From Bacilli bacterium (lineage in GTDB: Bacteria; Bacillota_I; Bacilli_A; RFN20; CAG-826), in assembly GCA_045114745.1 (NCBI GenBank), contig JBGULD010000049.1:22860-86859 (forward strand): a stretch of 64,000 nt of DNA, written 5' to 3'. The stretch's first letter is position 1. Each line of letters opens with the position of its first letter. Of this stretch, positions 55,880-64,000 are shown one piece after another. The notes beneath the pieces were generated by a model, which did not search any database, had not been told where the DNA came from, and saw only the letters and a program-made list of their open reading frames with translations. The position numbers and the translations under genes were made by a program.

Positions 55880-55902
55880 GAAAAAAATAGGCATTGCCTA
55901 TT
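55880..55902 (-). terminator. rpmG terminator
   Basis: On the minus strand, AATAGGCA-a-TGCCTATT followed by TTTTTTT. Overlaps the stop codon. Confidence 0.7.
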
Positions 55903-56068
55903 ATTTCTTTTTCTCACGATGAAGAGTGACTTTTTTACAACGTGGGCAGTACTTGTTTAATTCAAGACGGTCGGAATGATGTTTTTTATTCTTCGATGTG
56001 AGATAGTTTTCTTCACCACATACGGTGCATTTTAATGTTAATGAGATACGATCTTCTTTTTTTGCCAT
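55901..56068 (-). CDS. rpmG: 50S ribosomal protein L33 (Cys4 zinc-ribbon form); absent from the supplied ORF track
   Basis: Manual translation gives [55 protein letters not shown] (55 aa). Confidence 0.85.
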   Translation of the reverse strand: MAKKEDRISLTLKCTVCGEENYLTSKNKKHHSDRLELNKYCPRCKKVTLHREKKK

Positions 56069-56157
56069 AGATTAACAATCTCCTTTAAGCGTTAAATATA
56101 TTATCATTTATATTTCATTATGAAAAGCATAATTTTCAAGTGTTTTTTATTCGCGAA

Positions 56158-56166
56158 TGATATAAT
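56158..56166 (+). promoter_or_regulatory. Extended -10 element TGaTATAAT immediately upstream of ispG
   Basis: TATAAT at 56161-56166 and the ispG ATG at 56173. No SD lies between them. Confidence 0.45.
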
Positions 56167-56172
56167 GTTTGC

Positions 56173-57225
56173 ATGACAAATCGAAGAGATACAAGACAAG
56201 TACATATCAAAGATATAACTATGGGTGGACAAGACAAAGTTCTTATCCAATCGATGTGCAATATTAAAACCGAAAGAGTTGATGAAGTCGTCAAACAAAT
56301 TAATGAGTGCGCCGCTCTCGGTGCGGATTTAATGCGCGTTTCCGTCATGGATGAAAAAGATGCCTATGCAATTAAGGAAATCAAACAAAGAATTAATGTT
56401 CCTCTTGTTGCGGATATTCATTTTGACTATCGTTTAGCGTTAATCGCTATGAATATGGGTGTTGATAAAGTCCGTATCAACCCAGGCAATATTGGTGATA
56501 TTGATAGAATCAAACAAGTTGTCAATCTAGCTAAAGAAAAACACGTTCCAATTAGAATTGGTGTCAACTCTGGATCGTTAGATAAAGAGATTCATGATTA
56601 CTCCACTGAATACACTGCACAAAAACTTGTTGAAAGCGCAAAGAAACATGTCAAAATCTTGGAAGATTTGGGATTTTATGACATTGTCATATCCTTAAAA
56701 GGAAGCAACGTTAAAGAAACAGTTGCGGCTTATCGATTAGCTAGCGAAACATTCCCCTATCCACTTCATTTAGGAATCACAGAAGCGGGATTTAAAGAAA
56801 TATCAGTCATCCGCTCTGCAGCGGGATTAGCCCCATTGTTACTTGATGGTATCGGAGACACTATTCGTATCTCTATTTCTGGTGATCCAAGAGATGAAAT
56901 TATTGCCGCGAAGAGATTATTACATGATTGTGACCTCTATCCCAACTATCCAACTTTAGTTGCGTGTCCAACATGTGGTAGAACCCAAGTTGACGTTCAA
57001 GCCTTGGCAAGAAAAGTCATGGATTATTTAGAAACAACGAATAAACCAATTCATGTTGCGGTCATGGGCTGCGTTGTTAACGGACCAGGTGAAGCAAAGA
57101 ACGCTGACATCGGAATTGCCGGTGGCAATCATGAATATGTTATCTTTAAAAAAGATAAAGTCATTAAAAAAGTCCCAGAGGAGATTGCCTTTGAGACCCT
57201 TAAAGAAGAGATTGATAAATTCTAG
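56173..57225 (+). CDS. ispG: 4-hydroxy-3-methylbut-2-enyl diphosphate synthase
   Basis: GG..PI.IQSM-type N-terminus, RINPGN, CPTCGR, GC.VNGPGE. Confidence 0.93.
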   Translation: MTNRRDTRQVHIKDITMGGQDKVLIQSMCNIKTERVDEVVKQINECAALGADLMRVSVMDEKDAYAIKEIKQRINVPLVADIHFDYRLALIAMNMGVDKVRINPGNIGDIDRIKQVVNLAKEKHVPIRIGVNSGSLDKEIHDYSTEYTAQKLVESAKKHVKILEDLGFYDIVISLKGSNVKETVAAYRLASETFPYPLHLGITEAGFKEISVIRSAAGLAPLLLDGIGDTIRISISGDPRDEIIAAKRLLHDCDLYPNYPTLVACPTCGRTQVDVQALARKVMDYLETTNKPIHVAVMGCVVNGPGEAKNADIGIAGGNHEYVIFKKDKVIKKVPEEIAFETLKEEIDKF

Positions 57226-58112
57226 AGTTCTTTCTCTCTCCAACCCTCAATAAACTTACCGTCTTTGAGCATTTGAATTTCTTGCTTATAAGGCGGTTTT
57301 TCATTGAAGTATGGAGTTTCTAATATTTTAGGAATTCCATCTAATAATGGATGATGTGCCCATTTATAGATGGTTTCAAAACCGATATAACCATAACCCA
57401 AATTTTCGTGACGGTCTTTATGCGCCCCTCTTGGGTTCTTGCTGTCATTCAAATGAATGACAAGCAATCTATCTAAACCGATAATGCGATCAAATTCTTT
57501 TAAGACACCATCGACGTCGTTGATGTCATAACCAGCATCACTAATATGGCATGTGTCTAAACAAACACCGAGTCTTTCTGGATAATGACATTTGTCAATA
57601 ATGCCTCTGATTTGTTCAAAGGTGATACCGATTTCTGTGCCTTTGCCCGCCATAGTCTCGAGAGCAATTTTGACATCAGTATTATCTTTAGATAAGACTG
57701 CATCTAGACATTCCGCTAGGTTTTCAATTCCTAAGTCGTAACCTTGACTCACATGAGCGCCTGGATGTAATACAAGAATCTTGGCACCAAAACCTGCGGT
57801 TCTAGAAACTTCGCTGGCAATCACTTTTACAGATAAGTCGAATAAATCGTCCCTGGCTTTATTAGCGCCGTTAATGATATATGGGGCGTGAACGATAATC
57901 TTGCTTTCATCAATACCGGATTCTTTGATTAATTGTCGACCTTCCTGAATTTTTAATTCAGATAATGGTTTACGATAAGTATTTTGTGGAGCGCCAGTAT
58001 AAAACATGAAAACATTTGCGTTATAGCTGAGAGCTTCTTTCACACTACCTAAATAGAAATCAGGAGCGTTCATTGAAACGTGGCTTCCTAATAGCAATTT
58101 ATATTCACCCAT
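57222..58112 (-). CDS. nfo: Endonuclease IV
   Basis: HAPYIIN, LHPGAH, ETMAGKG, CLDTCH, HLNDSKN..G...DRHE. Confidence 0.93.
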   Translation of the reverse strand: MGEYKLLLGSHVSMNAPDFYLGSVKEALSYNANVFMFYTGAPQNTYRKPLSELKIQEGRQLIKESGIDESKIIVHAPYIINGANKARDDLFDLSVKVIASEVSRTAGFGAKILVLHPGAHVSQGYDLGIENLAECLDAVLSKDNTDVKIALETMAGKGTEIGITFEQIRGIIDKCHYPERLGVCLDTCHISDAGYDINDVDGVLKEFDRIIGLDRLLVIHLNDSKNPRGAHKDRHENLGYGYIGFETIYKWAHHPLLDGIPKILETPYFNEKPPYKQEIQMLKDGKFIEGWREKEL

Positions 58113-58165
58113 ATCATTTCCTTCTTTCGTGATATTAACCAGTAATTATGGTATCATAATTTAGT

Positions 58166-59011
58166 ATGAAAGTTGAAATCCTAAATCCGAAAGCATATTG
58201 CGCTGGTGTCTCTAATGCGATTACGATTGCCAAGATGGCGCGTGATAAATATAGCGACAAAGGTGTTTATGTTTTAGGGATGCTTGTACATAACAACTTT
58301 GTTGTTAAACAATTAGAGAAACTCAATATCCGCTCCGTCAATAATATTAATGATATTCCAGATGGCGATGTCGTTATCTTTTCTGCACACGGGCATAAAG
58401 AAGAGTTAGATAAGATTGCTAAAAAGAAAAATCTCGTCGTTGTGGACTCGGTTTGTCCTAAAGTTCAAAGCAATATCAAAAAGATCAAAGAAGAGCTCAC
58501 TTCTGGCCATCAAATTATCTATATTGGACAGGAAGGACATCCAGAGACAGAAGCATGTTTATCACTATCTAACGATGTGATACTATATACTAAAAATATA
58601 CTAGAAAATAACTACCTCTTAAAAGACAAATCTCCCCTTGTTATTAATCAAACAACCCTCAATATTTTGGATATTAAAGACATCCATAATGAGATTTTGA
58701 GGGCTTTTCCTCATGCACGTCTTGCGGATGAAATATGTGGCTCCACTAGACTTAGACAAGAAGCTATTAAGAATCTATCGCCCGACGTTGATTTGATTAT
58801 CGTCGTGGGTGATGTGAAGTCCAGTAACAGTAAGAGATTATTAGAAATTGCAAAGCAAACACATCCCGCTGTCGATTCATTTATGATCGCGGATGCTTCT
58901 GAATTAGCTAATATCTCATGGCAAAATAAAAACCACATCGTTATTTCTAGCGGCGCTTCTACACCAGAAGAAATCATTGATGAGGTTTATAAAACTATTA
59001 TTAATTATTGA
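58166..59011 (+). CDS. ispH: 4-hydroxy-3-methylbut-2-enyl diphosphate reductase
   Basis: Three Cys ligand contexts (YCAGV, DSVCPKV, DEICGSTR), VVGD..SSNS.RL. Confidence 0.93.
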   Translation: MKVEILNPKAYCAGVSNAITIAKMARDKYSDKGVYVLGMLVHNNFVVKQLEKLNIRSVNNINDIPDGDVVIFSAHGHKEELDKIAKKKNLVVVDSVCPKVQSNIKKIKEELTSGHQIIYIGQEGHPETEACLSLSNDVILYTKNILENNYLLKDKSPLVINQTTLNILDIKDIHNEILRAFPHARLADEICGSTRLRQEAIKNLSPDVDLIIVVGDVKSSNSKRLLEIAKQTHPAVDSFMIADASELANISWQNKNHIVISSGASTPEEIIDEVYKTIINY

Positions 59012-59778
59012 ATTACCTTTGGTAACTTTTCGTGATCCACGGTTTTGATTTCTAAGCCAGGATCAATTTCTAAGAGAATTTCCTTCATCCTTGGCATGAA
59101 GGCTTTTTCTATTTCATGAGGCATGTCTAGGTAGTTATATTTCGCGTTCACGACGTCTCTACGTACGTGATGAGGAGCATCTCCAGAAATGAAGATATCG
59201 CAGCCTTCTTCTTTTGCTAAGCGCCAACCGCGAGAGCCACCACCACCGACAATACCGACTTTTTTAATGTTTTTAGACCCGCAGTTGATTAATAAAGCGT
59301 AGTCAACATGAAATACCGTTTTGGCAAATTTGGCGAATTCTTCGGCCTGTTTGACCTCTTCAAGTTCACCGATTCTCATCATCGGATCTTTTTCTGGGGC
59401 ATAGACATTTATTAAGCCTAAGGCTTTCGCTAAAGTATCATTCATTCCGCCGACACCAGTATCGAAATTTGTGTGATAGCTATAAACTGGAATGCCGAGC
59501 CTATCGATTTCTTCCACTAATAAGCGTTTACTCTCGTCGTATTTAAGAACCCTAGCTCTAGTTCCATAGATAAATGGATGATGAGTAATAATGACATCGG
59601 GTTTGAATTCTTTTACCAAAGGTAAGACTTCCCAGTCTAAATCTAAAGAGAGAAAAACCTTTTGGACTTTCTCTGGTCTTTTGCCGGTCATCAAACCGAC
59701 ATGGTCATGATTCATCTTGGCGTAGCGTTTCGGAAAACTTTTGGCGAGTTTTCTTAAAATAACATTCATTTCTACCAT
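59005..59778 (-). CDS. yqfO: Nif3-family dinuclear metal centre protein (YqfO-like, short form)
   Basis: ITHHPFIY and SYHTNFD motifs. Synteny with trmK-rpoD. Confidence 0.85.
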   Translation of the reverse strand: MVEMNVILRKLAKSFPKRYAKMNHDHVGLMTGKRPEKVQKVFLSLDLDWEVLPLVKEFKPDVIITHHPFIYGTRARVLKYDESKRLLVEEIDRLGIPVYSYHTNFDTGVGGMNDTLAKALGLINVYAPEKDPMMRIGELEEVKQAEEFAKFAKTVFHVDYALLINCGSKNIKKVGIVGGGGSRGWRLAKEEGCDIFISGDAPHHVRRDVVNAKYNYLDMPHEIEKAFMPRMKEILLEIDPGLEIKTVDHEKLPKVIQ

Positions 59779-60437
59779 AGGACGCTTTGAATTCTTTCTT
59801 TTTCTTTGTTGAGTTGTTCAATTCTTCCTCTTGGAAGGTTTTTGTTGGCGAGCAACTTATTGATCTCGTTGATGCGGTTTTGGTATTTTTCTTTGAATGT
59901 AGCGCTTTTCTCGTTTCTTAGAATCGGTCCGAACTCAATATCGTTCTCGCCATAGAAAGCGACATCAGCGCGTACAAATTTGATGATTTCATAGAAAATA
60001 TCATCTTCACGAACCATCTTTTCTTCGGCAATGACAAAACCTAGTTTGCATACTTCTTCCCTGACTTTTGGGATTGCGGTATGCGCATCAATAATCACGG
60101 TTTCTAACTGCTTTGTCTTAGCCGGATATTTTTTTAAAATATCAATAATGAGATTTCCACCCATTCCGGCGATGATAACAGTGTGAACTGTTGGAGGTAT
60201 ATCTTTGATTCCATCGCTAAATAAAGGAACGATTTCTTCTTCAATTCCCTTATCGGTTAAGGCTTTGACCAAACGTGAGTAAGGTCCTTTTTTATTTTCG
60301 ACAGCGTAACCATGAGAAACGATACCGCCTTCAAATAAGGCAATCATGAGTTTCCCGTGGTCTGCGCCAATATCGGCCACCACTCCTTTAGGAACCATTT
60401 TATAAATGGTCTTTAAGCGTTCCGATAGATTTTCCAT
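59772..60437 (-). CDS. trmK: tRNA (adenine22-N1)-methyltransferase TrmK
   Basis: DIGADHGKL SAM motif. Position downstream of rpoD. Confidence 0.85.
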   Translation of the reverse strand: MENLSERLKTIYKMVPKGVVADIGADHGKLMIALFEGGIVSHGYAVENKKGPYSRLVKALTDKGIEEEIVPLFSDGIKDIPPTVHTVIIAGMGGNLIIDILKKYPAKTKQLETVIIDAHTAIPKVREEVCKLGFVIAEEKMVREDDIFYEIIKFVRADVAFYGENDIEFGPILRNEKSATFKEKYQNRINEINKLLANKNLPRGRIEQLNKEKERIQSVLW

Positions 60438-61732
60438 TACATTTTATCCTTGTAGTCACCTAATCTCTTACTACGAGTTGGATGTCTAAGTTTTTTAATT
60501 GCCTTAGCTTCGATTTGTCTAATACGTTCACGAGTAACGCCGAAGACTTTACCGACTTCCTCTAAGGTTTTTGGACAGTGATCATCAAGACCATAACGTA
60601 AGCGAATGACTCTTTCTTCACGATCATTCAAATCTTTAAGAATGGAATATAATTCTTCTTTCAAGAGTTGTCTCGTGGTGAAATCGACTGGAGATTCGCT
60701 TTCTTTATCTTCGATAAAATCACCTAAGTGAGAATCATCTTCTTCACCGATTGGGGTTTCTAATGAAACTGGTTCAAGAGCGATTCTTTGGATTTCTCTA
60801 ATTCTCTTTGGAGTTAATTCTCCGCCCATCGCTTCAGAGATTTCTTCCGCGGTTGGTTCACGACCTAAATCTTGAATTAATTGTCTTTGAATTCTGGTCA
60901 TCTTGTTGATGGTTTCCACCATGTGGACTGGAATACGGATGGTTCTAGCTTGGTCCGCAATCGCTCTGGTGATTGCTTGTCTAATCCACCATGTGGCGTA
61001 AGTTGAAAACTTATAGCCCTTTGTGTAGTCGAATTTATCGACAGCTTTCATTAAACCGAGGTTACCTTCTTGGATTAAATCTAAGAATTGCATACCACGA
61101 CCAACATAGTGTTTAGCAATATTAACAACTAAACGTAAGTTACAGTTGATAAGTCTTTGCTTAGCTTCTTCATCGCCTTCGAGAATCTTCTTAGCGAGAA
61201 TTGGTTCTTCTTCTGGTTTTAACAAATCGTATTTACCGATTTCTTTAAGATACATCTTAACAGAGTCATTAATTCTGACTTCACTACCTAAGGTAATATC
61301 TAAATGATCGATGTCGATATCTTCTGCTTCTTCGTCCTCTTCGGATTCTTCGGAAGCAAAGAAATCATCATCTGGTTCGATGTCTTCATTAAAGTTAACC
61401 TTTGATTCATCGAAGTCTTCTTCAGGAACTTCTTCCTCTTCCTCTTCGTTGATGACGTCAATTTTATTCTCGGCGAAGAAGGCGATTAATTCATCGACCG
61501 CTGCGTCGTCTAATTCGTAGTTGTTTAATGCATCGTATATTTCACTTTGGCTAATAAAGCCCTCTTTTTTCGACTTCTTAAGAAGTGTTTTTTCAATTTC
61601 TTGAAGAGTCTTGATATCTTCGTCACTTAATTTGGATTTTGGAGCTTTAACTTTGGCTTCTTTTTCCTTGGCTTTGCCCTTCTTCTTTTCTTTGACGACT
61701 TCTTCCACTTCGGTTTTCTTTTTTCTACCCAT
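60437..61732 (-). CDS. rpoD: Primary sigma factor (RpoD/SigA)
   Basis: Regions 2-4 present ([49 protein letters not shown]). Long Lys/Glu-rich N-terminus. Confidence 0.95.
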   Translation of the reverse strand: MGRKKKTEVEEVVKEKKKGKAKEKEAKVKAPKSKLSDEDIKTLQEIEKTLLKKSKKEGFISQSEIYDALNNYELDDAAVDELIAFFAENKIDVINEEEEEEVPEEDFDESKVNFNEDIEPDDDFFASEESEEDEEAEDIDIDHLDITLGSEVRINDSVKMYLKEIGKYDLLKPEEEPILAKKILEGDEEAKQRLINCNLRLVVNIAKHYVGRGMQFLDLIQEGNLGLMKAVDKFDYTKGYKFSTYATWWIRQAITRAIADQARTIRIPVHMVETINKMTRIQRQLIQDLGREPTAEEISEAMGGELTPKRIREIQRIALEPVSLETPIGEEDDSHLGDFIEDKESESPVDFTTRQLLKEELYSILKDLNDREERVIRLRYGLDDHCPKTLEEVGKVFGVTRERIRQIEAKAIKKLRHPTRSKRLGDYKDKM

Positions 61733-61733
61733 G

Positions 61734-63551
61734 CTATTTTCCTCCTTCGTCTTTCTTGGATTCTTTTTCTATTTTTCTCATCTTGCGACGATTATATTCC
61801 GCGATAATTCTCGCTTTCTCTAATGGATCTTTGCCATTAAGAGATTGTTCAAGAGTATCTTTTTCAAAGATTCTCTCTTTTTCGTTATCAATCGCGGATA
61901 ACAAGTTTTCTAATAATTCAGGTGTACACTTGCTGTTATGTGTGTCCTCATAAGAAATATCGACTAATTCTTTGATTAGTGTTTCCTTATTATCTATATC
62001 ACTCATCTCAAGAGATGAAATGATATCAAGCGTGGAGATTTTATCGTTCACTTTAGCGTAATCAACGATATAGTTAGCGACTTGACGATAAAGGTCATCA
62101 TAGAATGTTCCCACTCTCTCTTCATAGAAAGTAACGGCCTTTTCATCATTGAGCATCTGGAATAAGAGTTCCCTTTCCGCTAATTGAAGTTTTCTTAATG
62201 CTTTTCTTTCAGGATGGAAGTCCTTAATCGCTAATGACGGATCAGAATATTCTTGTGTGTTTTTGGCGTTCTTTAATAATTCGCGAATTGATTCGACTTC
62301 AAAACCAGTAACGTTAGATAGTTTTCTTAAATAACTATCGAGCTCTAATTGAGACTTGATTCCTAATAAAATAGGAATGAATTGTTTTACAAGAGCCTTC
62401 TTTTGTTCCATTGTGGTTAATGGGTTACTGTTTTTAAAGTAGTTCAAGGCGAAGTCCACTCTGCCAACGAGGTTATTTAAATACACCCTTAAAGCATCAG
62501 GACCATCTTGATTCAAGATTTCATCTGGATCCTTTGGACTGTTTTGGTTATCGACGATACGAACTTGTAAGCCGGCTTCATTTAATAATTTGCTAGCGTT
62601 CATCATCGCGGTTTGACCTGGTAAGTCACCATCTAGACAAAGTCTAATTTCAACATTAAGGCTTCTTAACATCGCAATATGATCTTTTGTCAAAGCGGTT
62701 CCCATGATGGCTACTGCACTATCAATGCCAATTTTGCCGAGTGCAAAGACATCCATAAATCCTTCACAAACATAGATATAACCAGCCACTTTAGCTTTTT
62801 CTTTAGCGATGTGGAAGTTATATAAAACACTTGATTTATGAAATAAATAGGTCTCTGGAGAATTGACATATTTGGCCTCATTACCATTACCAATTCTTCT
62901 GGCACTATAACCGATGACACTACCATCAGCATCACAAATTGGGAAGATGACTCTTCCTTGGTTCTTATCGATATAATGGTCACCACTTAAAACGGCAATA
63001 CCGACATCCTCCATAGTCTTGAAGGAATGACCTTTACTTTGTAAAAATGCACAAGTGGTCTTGCCGTCTTTAAATGCATAACCGAGTTTATATTTGTTTC
63101 TTAATGCGGCATCGAGGTGTCTAGATTCGAAATAATCCAAGCCTTCTTTTCCTTCCTCAGTGCTAAGCGCATACTCGTAATAAAGAGTCAAATCGTTTAA
63201 ACACTTTAAGAGAGGAACTTTTTTACTATCAACAGGTTTAACTTTAACAACACTCTCTAATCTTGGGTCATGATAGTCGGATAATTCTGCGACTTTTTTG
63301 AGCGCTTCCATAAAGGAAATGTGTTCGTATTTCTGGACAAATGAAATTGCAGAACCACTAGTTCCACAAACCCAGCAACGGAACATCTTTCTTTCTGGAG
63401 ATATGGATAATGACGGGTTTGTATCATCATGAAAAGGACAGATGGCCCAATAGTTTCTGCCTTTTTTTGTCACATTGATATATGAAGAGATAATTTTCAC
63501 TATATCAGCGTGGTCTAATACATCTTTAATCAAACTGTCATCAACAACCAT
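61734..63551 (-). CDS. dnaG: DNA primase
   Basis: Zinc finger CPFHDD..PS......F.C..CG and Toprim EGFMDV. Confidence 0.95.
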   Translation of the reverse strand: MVVDDSLIKDVLDHADIVKIISSYINVTKKGRNYWAICPFHDDTNPSLSISPERKMFRCWVCGTSGSAISFVQKYEHISFMEALKKVAELSDYHDPRLESVVKVKPVDSKKVPLLKCLNDLTLYYEYALSTEEGKEGLDYFESRHLDAALRNKYKLGYAFKDGKTTCAFLQSKGHSFKTMEDVGIAVLSGDHYIDKNQGRVIFPICDADGSVIGYSARRIGNGNEAKYVNSPETYLFHKSSVLYNFHIAKEKAKVAGYIYVCEGFMDVFALGKIGIDSAVAIMGTALTKDHIAMLRSLNVEIRLCLDGDLPGQTAMMNASKLLNEAGLQVRIVDNQNSPKDPDEILNQDGPDALRVYLNNLVGRVDFALNYFKNSNPLTTMEQKKALVKQFIPILLGIKSQLELDSYLRKLSNVTGFEVESIRELLKNAKNTQEYSDPSLAIKDFHPERKALRKLQLAERELLFQMLNDEKAVTFYEERVGTFYDDLYRQVANYIVDYAKVNDKISTLDIISSLEMSDIDNKETLIKELVDISYEDTHNSKCTPELLENLLSAIDNEKERIFEKDTLEQSLNGKDPLEKARIIAEYNRRKMRKIEKESKKDEGGK

Positions 63552-63598
63552 ATAACTTTGTTATAAATCTACTAATAATATACTAACTTTTGACTAGT
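63551..63598 (+). repeat. Hairpin plus heptamer array (g): TATAAC-ttt-GTTATA then TACTAAT-N4-TACTAAC-N4-GACTAGT
   Basis: Heptamers at 63570, 63581 and 63592. Fills the whole glyQS-dnaG intercistronic gap. In dnaG sense it reads ATTAGTA. Confidence 0.6.
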
Positions 63599-64000
63599 AG
63601 AAAACCTTAACTGCTAAGTATTCTGCTAGCTTATTAATTGGCATTCTGACCTGTTGCATCGTGTCTCTATCACGGACTGTAACGGCGTTATCTTCTAATG
63701 TATCGAAGTCAACGGTAACACAGAATGGAGTACCGATGGCGTCTTGACGGCGGTAACGTTTTCCAATGCTACCAGTGTCGTCATAGACGACATTCATATA
63801 TTTGCAAAGAATTGTTTCGATTTCTTTGGCTTTTTCTTCGAGCTTTTTGCTTAATGGCAAAACAGCAGCTTTAATTGGCGCTAAGGCGGGTGATAAGTGC
63901 ATCACGATTCTCGTGTCGTTTTCACCGACTGCTTCTTCATCATATGCATCGCATAAAGCCATTAGTGTTAAACGATCTAAACCGACGGATGGTTCGATAC
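63594..64000 (-). CDS. glyQS: Glycyl-tRNA synthetase (alpha2 type), C-terminal part; continues beyond the right edge
   Basis: The frame is open to the window edge. It encodes [10 protein letters not shown] (class II motif 3) and then the anticodon-binding domain. Confidence 0.85.
   Translation of the reverse strand, partial: IEPSVGLDRLTLMALCDAYDEEAVGENDTRIVMHLSPALAPIKAAVLPLSKKLEEKAKEIETILCKYMNVVYDDTGSIGKRYRRQDAIGTPFCVTVDFDTLEDNAVTVRDRDTMQQVRMPINKLAEYLAVKVFY

Overview
This 64 kb window is a low-GC chromosomal segment from a Firmicutes/Mollicutes-type organism (Acholeplasma- or Erysipelotrichia-like). TGA acts as a stop codon (for example at the obg/nadE ATGA overlap), so the code is table 11, not the Mycoplasma code. 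About 90% of the window is housekeeping genes in Bacillus-like synteny. The blocks are tig-lon-engB-(T-box)valS-radC; rplU-prp-rpmA; obg-nadE; ruvAB; secDF-recJ; an ABC exporter pair; relA-hisS-aspS-tkt; asp23-nusB-xseAB-dxs; dinB-xerD; yqeG-yqeH-yhbY-nadD/yqeK; parE-parC next to plsY; efp; rpmG; ispG/nfo/ispH; and yqfO-trmK-rpoD-dnaG-glyQS. I saw no rRNA, tRNA or CRISPR. The accessory content is small. It comprises a solo IS200/IS605-family tnpB element with structured ends, two paralogous HExxH lipoproteins, and a compositionally atypical orphan MazF/PemK-like gene just after xerD. Three sequence-level signals are not explained by the gene list. (1) A 39-nt block, 37/39 identical, sits exactly 19 nt upstream of the ATG of two unrelated toxin-like genes 32 kb apart: a 61-aa membrane peptide between valS and radC, and the MazF-like gene. 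A possible degenerate third copy lies nearby. (2) Arrays of the heptamer TACTAAT/ATTAGTA phased at 11 bp occur at seven intergenic sites, often next to a short hairpin. (3) A cluster of DnaA-box-like TGTGGAAAA(C) repeats, including a perfect 11-bp inverted repeat that encloses one heptamer array, lies downstream of the MazF-like gene. All functional readings of these three signals are inference. No canonical multi-gene defence system is recognisable.
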